Part shown: positions 7,958 through 16,405 of the stretch, piece after piece
Layout: the number at the start of each line of letters is the position of its first letter
How positions within the stretch are numbered: the first letter of the stretch is position 1
DNA from: a virus
Taxonomy: Duplodnaviria; Caudoviricetes
IMG/VR virus record: IMGVR_UViG_3300005764_002748
Location: 1 to 32,109 of that record
DNA: 32,109 nucleotides
Reading direction: 5' to 3' (one strand)
The notes under the pieces: model-generated
What the model was told of the DNA's origin: nothing
Seen by the model: only the letters and a program-made list of their open reading frames with translations
Databases searched by the model: none
Position numbers and translations under genes: made by a program

Positions 7958-8299
7958 ATGGGTGCAACAAGCGTAACTGGCGTAAGTGGAGTAGGCTCGG
8001 TACAGGACGGGTATAGCAAGGGTTCACCGCACATGACGTTGGGCGTCGGCCACCTAATCGGCCCCCGCGTAATGGCGGCTGGAACGTGTGCCTCCGTCAC
8101 CGCCGCTTCCACGACCGTTGACCATGCTCCGATCCCAGGCGGCACCGCTTCCTATATCGTGGTGCTGACTTCCAACAATGCCACCGCCCCCTATCTGACC
8201 GCACGAGTCCCAGGCAGCTTCACGTTTACAAGCCCTGTTGGGTCCACGGTCAATTGGGCGATCATCACCGTGGGTTCGGGCGAGACGAGCGTTAAGTAA
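7958..8299 (+). CDS. Small S/T/G/V-rich putative virion structural protein
   Basis: AAGGAG SD; 113 aa, beta-strand-like with few charged residues. Confidence 0.65.
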   Translation: MGATSVTGVSGVGSVQDGYSKGSPHMTLGVGHLIGPRVMAAGTCASVTAASTTVDHAPIPGGTASYIVVLTSNNATAPYLTARVPGSFTFTSPVGSTVNWAIITVGSGETSVK

Positions 8300-8307
8300 T
8301 ATTCATG

Positions 8308-8335
8308 AAAAACCGGGGTGATCCCTCACCCCGGT
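8308..8335 (-). terminator. Terminator-like hairpin (U-tract on minus strand)
   Basis: ACCGGGGTGA-tccc-TCACCCCGGT preceded on + by an A-run. Confidence 0.7.
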
Positions 8336-8384
8336 GATCGTTGTCGAAAGGTCTAAGACTCATCCTTATTAGCCTTTCTAATTA

Positions 8385-8430
8385 AGCAGAAGAAGGTCGG
8401 GGAGTGTGTGCTTCTCGACCTTCTTTTGTT
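8385..8430 (+). terminator. Long terminator-like hairpin
   Basis: AGCAGAAGAAGGTCGGGGA..TTCTCGACCTTCTTTTGTT with G-U pairs on the + strand. Confidence 0.6.
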
Positions 8431-8458
8431 GTATATATGCACACGGCATCAAATCTTA

Positions 8459-8983
8459 TTAACCAATCACCCCAGCGTGATCTAAAGCCTTGAGGAACTT
8501 CATGATATGCTTGCACATCCCAGGCATCTCGCGGGGGTTGGCGGGTGGACCGCCCTGGGACTCGTACTTGGCCCGTTTCCTTCCGTAGAGCGACTTGTCC
8601 AAGTGGTCGTAGTAGTTGAATCGCCATCGAAAGTCGGCACAGTCGCACCGTACCAGCGCGTCGTTGCCATTATATTCCAGCCGCTCGAACCGATATGGCT
8701 GGTTGTCGCTGGCGATGATCTCCACGATATTTCGCCGGGGGTTGTAATTGACGTTTTTGAAAAGGATTATCGGCTCATAGTTGGAAAAGCCCCTGGTGCC
8801 TTCCGGGTTCTGTGCCAACCCCTTGAGGAATAAAGTCTTGAGTCCCAGGAACGGCGTCCACTCCATGCGGGTAATGCGGATCGGGTCGATGGAGTGCTGC
8901 CTTTTCGTAGTGTTGGGGAAAGCGCGCACCGCACTGTCGTACAGGTGCGCGCTCGTACTTTCAACCCAGAGGCGGAAGTTCAT
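8459..8983 (-). CDS. SWIM-type zinc finger phage protein
   Basis: VRCDCADF...GMCKHI (CxC..CxH); TATATA-N5-ATG upstream; begins MNFRLWVE. Confidence 0.75.
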   Translation of the reverse strand: MNFRLWVESTSAHLYDSAVRAFPNTTKRQHSIDPIRITRMEWTPFLGLKTLFLKGLAQNPEGTRGFSNYEPIILFKNVNYNPRRNIVEIIASDNQPYRFERLEYNGNDALVRCDCADFRWRFNYYDHLDKSLYGRKRAKYESQGGPPANPREMPGMCKHIMKFLKALDHAGVIG

Positions 8984-8987
8984 GGGG

Positions 8988-9602
8988 TTATATAGACGCC
9001 GGGCCTGTGGTTATGGGCCTGTTGGCGATGAAATCCCGCAGCAAGAGGCGAGCTTTCGCTTGATCGCTCACGGGTAAGAGTGTGCCGTTTTGCCGAATGA
9101 GCTTCCAAGAAATCTTGGGGTTGTCGAGCCGGCTGCCGGCTTCTCCTACCTGAAGTGCCTTCGCCAAAAAGCCCGCATCACAGCCGGCATCTCGTGCGCA
9201 CTTCCAAACCCGCATGAAGGCATTAAACTTGGCGTCAATGCTCGCCTCACACTTGGAGAAGAAAACCTCCAGGTCGTCGGGGTGAAGAATATAAACTTCT
9301 TTGGGGTTGGTCCTATTCCCCTTCCCAGGGAAATATCCAATGATCCAATATTTGCTACGCCAGGTGGCGACCTTGCTCTTATGGACCTCGCGGGCGGTGG
9401 TGACTTGCGTGACGTGGCCGCACCCCTTCGTCTCGATCTCACCGCTAATTAAACGGTGCCCGCCGCCCATCACTTCGACCTCGGCGTATCTGTAGTAAGC
9501 ATCACGGCGAGCCGTAACAGGCTCCCCCATCATCTCGCTGGAGGTAAGCCCCAGGTAATCCACCAGGGTGTTCTCGCGTAAGTCTCGATTGCTCTCCTTC
9601 AT
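8988..9602 (-). CDS. Hypothetical protein
   Basis: 204 aa with AAGGA SD. EIETKG is only weakly reminiscent of a PD-(D/E)xK motif. Confidence 0.65.
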   Translation of the reverse strand: MKESNRDLRENTLVDYLGLTSSEMMGEPVTARRDAYYRYAEVEVMGGGHRLISGEIETKGCGHVTQVTTAREVHKSKVATWRSKYWIIGYFPGKGNRTNPKEVYILHPDDLEVFFSKCEASIDAKFNAFMRVWKCARDAGCDAGFLAKALQVGEAGSRLDNPKISWKLIRQNGTLLPVSDQAKARLLLRDFIANRPITTGPASI

Positions 9603-9661
9603 TATAATTCCTTTGAATAAGGGACACGGACAATCCGTATCCTCGATATGTAAGTATATAT

Positions 9662-9696
9662 TAGTGGGTGGATAGAAAACAAGTAGTGGGTGGATA
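9662..9696. repeat. 13-bp direct repeat TAGTGGGTGGATA x2, 22-bp period
   Basis: Copies at 9662-9674 and 9684-9696 in an AT-rich divergent intergenic region. Confidence 0.85.
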
Positions 9697-9760
9697 AAAA
9701 GCCAAAAAATCTCCCCGCCCAGGAAATATTTTTTCGGGGTTCGTTCTCGTTTATAATATC

Positions 9761-10036
9761 ATGAGTGACGAGCCGATTCAGAAGAAGCGTTTTGAAGTGA
9801 AGATGCGGATGCACCCCAACGGCAGCATCGAGAAGCAAATATTCATCGGCGGCGAGTTACTGGACTGGTCGGTGGACATCTCCTCCTTCCAAGAAGCGGT
9901 GAAAATGGGACCGCAGTTCCAAAGGGCTGTGCAGGAGGACATCGCCCGGCACTTCATCAAAAGTGTGAGCGAAGTCCTGGGCCGGAAGGTCACCATCGAG
10001 GACATCAAAGAAGCAACGAAGACAGGATGGATTTAA
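9761..10036 (+). CDS. Hypothetical protein
   Basis: 91 aa; TATAAT just upstream; 4 nt before the aminotransferase start. Confidence 0.7.
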   Translation: MSDEPIQKKRFEVKMRMHPNGSIEKQIFIGGELLDWSVDISSFQEAVKMGPQFQRAVQEDIARHFIKSVSEVLGRKVTIEDIKEATKTGWI

Positions 10037-10040
10037 TGCC

Positions 10041-11282
10041 ATGCGCACGGCGGATGTACATGACGTGCTGCGAAAGCACACGATTGGGGACGGTCTTCCC
10101 ATCGTCGTGGACCCCCGCCGCAGTTGTGGCTCCTACGTCGTAGACGCCCGCGACGGCAAGTCGTATCTGGACTGTATGTCTATGTTCGCCAGCCAACCAC
10201 TAGGCTGGAATCACCCGTCCTTCAACGAACACCTGGACCGCTTCCGCACGTTACTCCCCGTCAAGATCGCCCTTTCAGATGTTTATGTTCAGGAATACGC
10301 CGAGTTCGTCCAGGCGTTTACACAGATTACCCCGGACTTCAAGTATTACTTCTTTATCGACACCGGCACCCTGGGGGTGGAGAACGCCCTGAAGTGTGCC
10401 TTCGATTATAAGATGAAGAAAATGGGCTGGAGTGAGGACGCACATGCCAATGTATTGGATGTGATCCACCTGGAACGTGCGTTTCACGGTCGGAGCGGCT
10501 ACACGCTGTCCCTCACCAACACCAAGCCCGTTAAAACTTGGGGTTACCCCAAGTTTCGTTGGACCAGGCTGCCCAATCCCGTCCATGCCAACCACCAATC
10601 GGACTGGCGGGCCGAACAGGAGAGCCTGGCGGTTGCCCAAGCCGCCCTGGAGCGTGGCAATGTAGCTGCCGTTATTGTGGAGCCAATTCAAGGTGAAGGG
10701 GGTGACATCCATTTCCGGCCCCAATACCTCCAGGGCCTTCGTTCCCTCGCCCGCCAGCACGACGCCTTATTCATCGTGGATGAAGTACAAACCGGCGTCG
10801 GCCTCACCGGCAAGATGTGGTGCCACCAATACTTCGACCTCAACCCCGACCTTATGTGTTTCGGCAAAAAGACGCAGGTGTGCGGCTGCTGCGCCACCGG
10901 CAAGGTGGAAGAAGTTACCAAGCACGTCTTCAACGAAAGTGGACGGATCAATAGCACCTGGGGTGGCAATATTCTTGACATGATCCGCTTCACCATCCTC
11001 ATCGACATTATTCAACGAGAGAAGTGGGTGGAAAACGCGGCTGTTGTGGGGCAGTACCTTCTGGAACAATTGCAGCGATGCAACGCTCCGATCCGATATG
11101 TACGAGGTCGGGGGCTAATGATCGCCTTTGATCCCATCGGGGATCGGGATGGGTTTCATGCTAAGTTAAGTGAAAGGATGCTGGTGCTGAAAAGCGGTGA
11201 CCACAGCATCCGGCTGCGGCCACCGCTTACCTTTAGCAAGGAGGATGCTGACAAGGCGGTGGAGATTATCGGCGGCTGTTAA
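10041..11282 (+). CDS. lat: L-lysine 6-aminotransferase (class III PLP aminotransferase)
   Basis: SMFASQPLGWNHP, GTLGVENALKCAFDYK, AFHGRSGYTLSLTNT, EPIQGEGGD, DEVQTG, FGKKTQVCG (PLP Lys) and RINSTWGGN are LAT-type signatures. Confidence 0.88.
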   Translation: MRTADVHDVLRKHTIGDGLPIVVDPRRSCGSYVVDARDGKSYLDCMSMFASQPLGWNHPSFNEHLDRFRTLLPVKIALSDVYVQEYAEFVQAFTQITPDFKYYFFIDTGTLGVENALKCAFDYKMKKMGWSEDAHANVLDVIHLERAFHGRSGYTLSLTNTKPVKTWGYPKFRWTRLPNPVHANHQSDWRAEQESLAVAQAALERGNVAAVIVEPIQGEGGDIHFRPQYLQGLRSLARQHDALFIVDEVQTGVGLTGKMWCHQYFDLNPDLMCFGKKTQVCGCCATGKVEEVTKHVFNESGRINSTWGGNILDMIRFTILIDIIQREKWVENAAVVGQYLLEQLQRCNAPIRYVRGRGLMIAFDPIGDRDGFHAKLSERMLVLKSGDHSIRLRPPLTFSKEDADKAVEIIGGC

Positions 11283-13707
11283 GCTCGCGGAAAAGTCGTT
11301 GACGATACCAGGCCCGCCATTCTTTGAAGCCGTGGTGGTGGAGTAGGTTGGTAAGCGGCTCACCGCTAACCCGCGCCGTCTCCAAGTCCTTTTTGGCAAA
11401 ATCCTGGTCCTCTGCGTCGTTCTTGGGAAACCCTTCTGGCAAGGGCTTGCCTGCTTTTTCATATCTGTCCCGAATACCGGCATAGTGGTTGGCTCGGACG
11501 TTGGCCCAATCCTGATAGGCAGGATCATTCGGTTCCGGGGGTATCTTACGCTCCATCTCTCCCCCTGGGCGTTTAAGGGTCTGCGCTTCGGATTCGCCAG
11601 GAGTTGTCGGCTGTTCCCCGCCTTCTTCTGGTGCTGCGGCGGTGGGTCCGGGCGCTGCCGCTTGAGCCTGCGGATTCATCTGAGCGTGTCTGGCCAAGCC
11701 CTCCTCGGCATCCCTACTTAATTGCGCCGCCAGTTCGTCCTCAGTGGGTTCAGGTTCCACCGGCTCTGCCTGTGGGAATCCTTCCTCGCCCGGTTGCAGG
11801 GGCCTACCCGGCGCTGCGGTCGGCACTTCTTCCCCAGGGTGCAACGGCTCGCCACCAACGGCGGCGCGGAGGGTTGGATCGGGACTTTCCCTGCTGGGGC
11901 CTTTTATTTTCTTTTCTTCCCTGGAGCCGGGTTCACCGATGTCGCCCCCGATTATATCCCCTTCGCCTTCCGGGGCCGGACCTGTACCGGCTACGGCCCC
12001 ACCCAATTTATCCCGGTGCTGCTGTATTTCTTCTGCCTCTTCGGGAGACGCCGTGCGATCCACTTCCCTGGAACCCGGTTTGCCGGGGGTAGTGTCTGGT
12101 TTTTCCTCTGGCACTTCATCGGCATATTCAGCCTCGTCAGGGGCCATGCCTCCTGGCATCTCTGAATAGCCCTTCCAATATCTTTCGATTGTCTGCGGCG
12201 GGGTTTGCTTCTGTATTTTTTGCAGGTCGCCCACGAGCTTGTCGAGTTTATTGACCCATTCAACCCCGGCGTCCTGCCCGGAATTTTTCACGACCTGGGC
12301 CTTTTGTTGAACGCCCTGGAGAAGCTGGAGGGCGTTGTTGAAGTTTACATCGACAGGCACCTTATGTCCGGTGTACCCCGTCACCCGCTTCCACCAGTCG
12401 CCAATACCTCGGCCCATCCAACTAAAGATGTTCTCAACCAGCAGTTGTGAATATAAGGCCGGGTAGTATTTCTCGAAGAACCCTTCGATAATGAGTTCCG
12501 CAGGAATGCCCGTGCGAGCAATACTCTCGGCCAGACGGCGGATGCGGTGTTGGGTGTTGATGCCTTGCATAAAGTCGCTAAAGCTCCGCACTCCTTCCTG
12601 GGCCGGCGGTTTTTGCGGCACGATGCGGCCCTGAGCGTCTTTGGCAACCACCTGGCCTGTAGTGGGGTCCGTTTCATACGATACGGGCACGCCTGGCTCA
12701 CCGCCCTGCGCTCCCGTATCAAAGGTTTGCGTCTCGCCGCCTTCGGGGCCAACATCTGTAGTTTGTGTTTCGCCGCCTTCGGGGCCAGCAACCTGGGTGT
12801 GCGCAGTGCCGCCTTCGGGGCCAACAACAGTCTGGCTACCATCGGGGGCGGTATGGACTCCTTGGCCCGGCTCCAGGGGCGCGGCTGTGGGTGTCGGAGC
12901 GTTGGGATCAACAGCCCCCGTGTGTGTGCTGGCGATGGTGCCGGGACCACTGACGGCAGCCGTCTGAGTATGAACATCACCTGCGCCTTCGGGTCCAGCC
13001 GACACTTGATGCACCTGACCGGGACCGCCGGCACCAGCCGAAACTTGATGCACCTGACCTTGCCCGCCGGGTCCAGCCGAGACTTGATGGACCTGACCGC
13101 CACCCGGTCCAGCGACGGTTTGCACATGCGGTTGGGTGGGATCAGGCCCGGTTGTCGGTTGAGCCGCAGGCTTGGCGGGTTGGTCAGGGGGCTGGTTGAC
13201 ACCTGCCACCTGGCGCATGTGGGGATCACTCTGGGCCGCTATCATGTCGTCAATCATGAGCGGCATACGCATATTATCGCCGCTTGGTGATTTGCCCACT
13301 GCATTCATACCCTGCATCTGTTCAAGCGCCGATGTCAAACCCTTGTAGAACTGGCCGACCGCCTTCCTCTCCTTCGCTTTCGGAACGGTGTCCAGCTTAT
13401 TTTTGATGTCCGTTAGTTGTTTGAGGGCGCGGTCAAAGTCCATATGGACGCCCCACTGCTTGACTTGCCGGCCACCCTCCCCTGGCTGGAGGTAACCCGT
13501 CTTCTTGCCGAACCAATTCTTGATGCCGCCCCAGGCACCTTTGAACCAGTCGGATGCCGCCTCGGTATAAAGGTCGGGCATGGACTCCTGTATTACCATT
13601 TCGGAAATCGCCAGTGGGTCCACGCCCAACTCTGCGCAGAGTTGGGCGCATCGCCGCAGCGTCGGGTCGGTCCTGCGGTCCTCTACGAAGTCCTGAAAAG
13701 TTTGCAT
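11266..13707 (-). CDS. 813-aa low-complexity protein with duplicated module and three CTS-like motifs; putative internal head protein
   Basis: MQTFQDFVE, RSFSDFMQ and GFKEWR motifs; G/P/E/Q-rich linkers; abuts the upstream protease stop (TAA ATG). Confidence 0.75.
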   Translation of the reverse strand: MQTFQDFVEDRRTDPTLRRCAQLCAELGVDPLAISEMVIQESMPDLYTEAASDWFKGAWGGIKNWFGKKTGYLQPGEGGRQVKQWGVHMDFDRALKQLTDIKNKLDTVPKAKERKAVGQFYKGLTSALEQMQGMNAVGKSPSGDNMRMPLMIDDMIAAQSDPHMRQVAGVNQPPDQPAKPAAQPTTGPDPTQPHVQTVAGPGGGQVHQVSAGPGGQGQVHQVSAGAGGPGQVHQVSAGPEGAGDVHTQTAAVSGPGTIASTHTGAVDPNAPTPTAAPLEPGQGVHTAPDGSQTVVGPEGGTAHTQVAGPEGGETQTTDVGPEGGETQTFDTGAQGGEPGVPVSYETDPTTGQVVAKDAQGRIVPQKPPAQEGVRSFSDFMQGINTQHRIRRLAESIARTGIPAELIIEGFFEKYYPALYSQLLVENIFSWMGRGIGDWWKRVTGYTGHKVPVDVNFNNALQLLQGVQQKAQVVKNSGQDAGVEWVNKLDKLVGDLQKIQKQTPPQTIERYWKGYSEMPGGMAPDEAEYADEVPEEKPDTTPGKPGSREVDRTASPEEAEEIQQHRDKLGGAVAGTGPAPEGEGDIIGGDIGEPGSREEKKIKGPSRESPDPTLRAAVGGEPLHPGEEVPTAAPGRPLQPGEEGFPQAEPVEPEPTEDELAAQLSRDAEEGLARHAQMNPQAQAAAPGPTAAAPEEGGEQPTTPGESEAQTLKRPGGEMERKIPPEPNDPAYQDWANVRANHYAGIRDRYEKAGKPLPEGFPKNDAEDQDFAKKDLETARVSGEPLTNLLHHHGFKEWRAWYRQRLFRELNSRR
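12735..12822 (-). repeat. 36-bp coding tandem repeat (GPEGG-containing 12-aa unit, 3 copies)
   Basis: GCCGCCTTCGGGGCC recurs at about 12736, 12772 and 12808. Confidence 0.8.
12995..13098 (-). repeat. 39-bp coding tandem repeat (GQVHQVSAG-containing 13-aa unit, 3 copies)
   Basis: CCAGCCGAnACTTGATGnACCTGACC at 12995, 13034 and 13073. Confidence 0.85.
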
Positions 13708-14496
13708 TTACTCTCCGCGTTTACTGATCTGGCATTCTTCCAGTCGCAGCACTGCGAATGGAAGCTCCGGCATCCGCCGCCTCGACTTATATATAAAAGC
13801 GAGGTTGTTATTTTGCTCGGCGTCCCAGGTTTTTAGCCGCTCGACGGGGATCATGAGGGAGATGGTGGTCACAGGCATGGGAATGCCACGGAAGGAGAAC
13901 AACTTGATCGCCTGGATGAAGCCCACCAGACGGTACTTGTGATACACCGGCCCGCCGGAGTCGCCCGGCACCACATTGATCGAGGTTCGCACACCGTCCT
14001 TGAACTGGTTGGTAAGAAACCCCTTTAGCGAAGTCACCTTACCATAATCGAGGCGCGGTTCCGGGCCGAGGCCACAGCCGATGTGAAATATGTCCGAGCC
14101 GATGAACAGGCGGTCGTGGAAGCCAAACTCGGCCACCGGCATTTCGTGGTCGCTGGTAAACAGCAGCACTGCCAGGTCTACATCCTCGTTGCGAGCGTAA
14201 ACACGGCAGGGGTGGTCCTCGAACCCTTCAAAACTGGACCACTCCTCGTAGAGAGGCACGCGGGCTTTATAGGGCGAGCCAGGGTGGATGACGTGGGCGC
14301 ACGTTATCACCACGTTGCGATATTGTTCGCCCACCTTTTCGCTGCGGACTATGACCCCGCTTCCCCCGCTCCCCTCATTTTCGATGCGCACACACGGGTA
14401 AAGACACTTTTTGTGCAACTGCTGGTCTGGTTCGTCGGCCTTGGTTGAATTGATACAAACGAAGAATAACAATAAAGATAGGATGAGCGATTTCAT
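13708..14496 (-). CDS. Trypsin-like serine protease with signal peptide
   Basis: TCAHV (His), DLAVL (Asp), GDSGGP (Ser). Probable start MKSLILSLLLFFVCINSTKA-DEP preceded by TACATA-N4. Confidence 0.88.
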   Translation of the reverse strand: MKSLILSLLLFFVCINSTKADEPDQQLHKKCLYPCVRIENEGSGGSGVIVRSEKVGEQYRNVVITCAHVIHPGSPYKARVPLYEEWSSFEGFEDHPCRVYARNEDVDLAVLLFTSDHEMPVAEFGFHDRLFIGSDIFHIGCGLGPEPRLDYGKVTSLKGFLTNQFKDGVRTSINVVPGDSGGPVYHKYRLVGFIQAIKLFSFRGIPMPVTTISLMIPVERLKTWDAEQNNNLAFIYKSRRRMPELPFAVLRLEECQISKRGE

Positions 14497-14576
14497 GCCG
14501 TATGTAGATGCCATGAAGACAATCTGGAATAAATGAAACTGCATTTCTTCTGGCCTAAATAGAGAAGGAGGGGTCC

Positions 14577-15836
14577 ATGTCCATGCTCGAAGATGCCAAG
14601 AAGCAGTTAGACGCCGCTTTCAAATATGCAAATATCGACCGGGAGAGTTGGGAGAGGCTGCAATATCCGCAAAAGAACTTATATTGTTCGATTCCGATGC
14701 GGCACGACGACGGAACTTTGAAGTTGTACAAGTCGTACCGTTGCCAGTACGATACAACCCGTGGCCCGGCGAAAGGCGGTATACGCTACCATCCGGCGGT
14801 GGACCGCGACCACTGCGAGGCGCTGGCGTTCTGGATGACCTTCAAGTGCGCTGCCTTGAACATTCCCTTCGGCGGGGCAAAGGGTGGCATCGCCGTGGAC
14901 CCGAAGAAGCTGTCGCACCGCGAGTTGGAGCGATTGAGCAAGGCATATATCGCTGCCATCGCGGACTTTATCGGGCCGGACATCGACATTCCGGCACCGG
15001 ACATGGGCACGGACGAGCGGGTGATGGGTTGGATGTACAGCGAGTACCGCAAGATAAAAGGCGGGCACCCCCTGGACGTAATCACCGGCAAGCCGGTCGC
15101 GCTGGGCGGCATTGAGGGCCGCAACTCGGCAACGGGATATGGCGGCTACTATGTCCTCGAAACCCTCCTCGAACACTACCTCGATAAAATCAGACTGCCC
15201 GTCAAGGAGGATATGAAGGTGGCCATCCAGGGGTTCGGCAAGGTCGGTTACTGGTTTGCCGAGAAGTGCTACAAGAACGGACTGAAGGTGGTTGCCATCA
15301 GCGAGGAACAGGGTGGAGTTTATGACCCCCACGGCCTGAACGTGATCTCGCTCTTCAAGAATGTTCAGGAGACGGGCGAATTAAACCACCAGGGGGCTAA
15401 AGTCAGCAACGAGGAACTGCTGGAGATGGAGGTAGACCTGCTGGTGCCGGCGGCGATTGAGAGCGTGATTACTGCCCAGAATGCTGAAAAAATCAAAGCC
15501 CGGATGGTCTTCGAGCTTGCCAACGGGCCGACAACCGTGGAGGCGGACGCCATCCTCAACGACCGGAATATATTGGTGATCCCCGACATCCTGGCCAACG
15601 CGGGCGGGGTGGTCGTTTCCTACTTCGAGTGGTTGCAAAACAGGAACGCGGAGGGTAAGACGCTGGAGGAAGTGAACAAGCGGTTGCAAAAAATGATGTG
15701 CTACGCGACCGAGCGAACGATGGCCCGCCACCTTGAACACAAAATACCCGTGCGAACCGCCTGCTACGCCCTGGCCTTGAAACGCATCAGCGAGGCCAAC
15801 GAATGTCTAGGCAACCGCGATTACTTCAAGAACTAG
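14577..15836 (+). CDS. gdhA: Glutamate dehydrogenase (Glu/Leu/Phe/Val dehydrogenase family)
   Basis: GPAKGGIRYHP, MTFKCA, PFGGAKGG, DIPAPDMGT, ITGKP, ATGYG, IQGFGKVG, ELANGP, PDILANAGGVVVSYFEW; AGGAGG SD and TAAATA at 14556-14561. Confidence 0.93.
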   Translation: MSMLEDAKKQLDAAFKYANIDRESWERLQYPQKNLYCSIPMRHDDGTLKLYKSYRCQYDTTRGPAKGGIRYHPAVDRDHCEALAFWMTFKCAALNIPFGGAKGGIAVDPKKLSHRELERLSKAYIAAIADFIGPDIDIPAPDMGTDERVMGWMYSEYRKIKGGHPLDVITGKPVALGGIEGRNSATGYGGYYVLETLLEHYLDKIRLPVKEDMKVAIQGFGKVGYWFAEKCYKNGLKVVAISEEQGGVYDPHGLNVISLFKNVQETGELNHQGAKVSNEELLEMEVDLLVPAAIESVITAQNAEKIKARMVFELANGPTTVEADAILNDRNILVIPDILANAGGVVVSYFEWLQNRNAEGKTLEEVNKRLQKMMCYATERTMARHLEHKIPVRTACYALALKRISEANECLGNRDYFKN

Positions 15837-16137
15837 GTGGAAGATATTGTCCGGTCGGTCGCACCCCCAGGTTTTGGAGGGGCTGGGAGGGCTGAGAGTT
15901 CTCGATGGCGTTGATGTCCAGGGTGATGCTGATGACGCGGCTGCCGCTCGGAGCGTCAATCTGAATGCAAATAACCGCATTGGCCGCATCAAAACTCAAT
16001 ATATGCCAGGCAGTTAGGGGTAAGGGGGTGAGGAGTGCGTAAGCCCCACTCGACGGGTTCAGAAGGGCGAGGACTGTCTGCTGGCCGATGGGATCGTAGA
16101 TCGAACAGGCGGTTTTTCTGACTTGTTGCAGGGCCAT
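15826..16137 (-). CDS. Hypothetical protein
   Basis: 103 aa; TAAATA-N4-ATG upstream. Confidence 0.6.
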   Translation of the reverse strand: MALQQVRKTACSIYDPIGQQTVLALLNPSSGAYALLTPLPLTAWHILSFDAANAVICIQIDAPSGSRVISITLDINAIENSQPSQPLQNLGVRPTGQYLPPSS

Positions 16138-16165
16138 ACTGTATTTAATGGGGGTGGAGGTAAAT

Positions 16166-16375
16166 ATGAATGAGAACTGTTACTTTTTCGTGGACGGGAG
16201 CGTTCCTGAAGACGAACAGAAGATGGCGGCACTATGCGAAGCCTGCCACGACAAGTACCATCAGGAATTAGGCTGGTTTTGGCCAGGTGCCTCGAAAGGC
16301 TACGGGCCGTATGATATAATCTGTACGTTCTGCAAAAAGGTCATTCACAAGGCTGACAAGAAAGAAGGGACTTGA
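16166..16375 (+). CDS. Small putative zinc-binding protein
   Basis: GGAGG SD before ATG 16166; CEAC...CTFC. Confidence 0.65.
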   Translation: MNENCYFFVDGSVPEDEQKMAALCEACHDKYHQELGWFWPGASKGYGPYDIICTFCKKVIHKADKKEGT

Positions 16376-16400
16376 AAGCGGCTCGATGTAAGCGTATTAT
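16372..16400 (+). promoter_or_regulatory. Sigma70-like promoter, probably leaderless, for endonuclease gene
   Basis: TTGAAA-N17-TATTAT-N5-ATG. Confidence 0.6.
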
Positions 16401-16405
16401 TGAAT

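Noticed and set aside
8988-9602. PD-(D/E)xK nuclease call for the 204-aa ORF
   Set aside because: Only an ExK-like EIETKG is visible with no convincing upstream PD motif; left as hypothetical.
12735-13110. Regularly spaced 36-39-bp repeats as a CRISPR array
   Set aside because: Periods are multiples of three, vary at silent sites, lie in frame within a long ORF and have no unique spacers or cas genes.
12381-13290. Long alternative-frame and antisense ORFs (also 3726-4367, 14679-15332, 17094-17984, 24326-25018, 29279-29968)
   Set aside because: Shadow ORFs of GC-rich genes with clear family motifs or better start signals in another frame.
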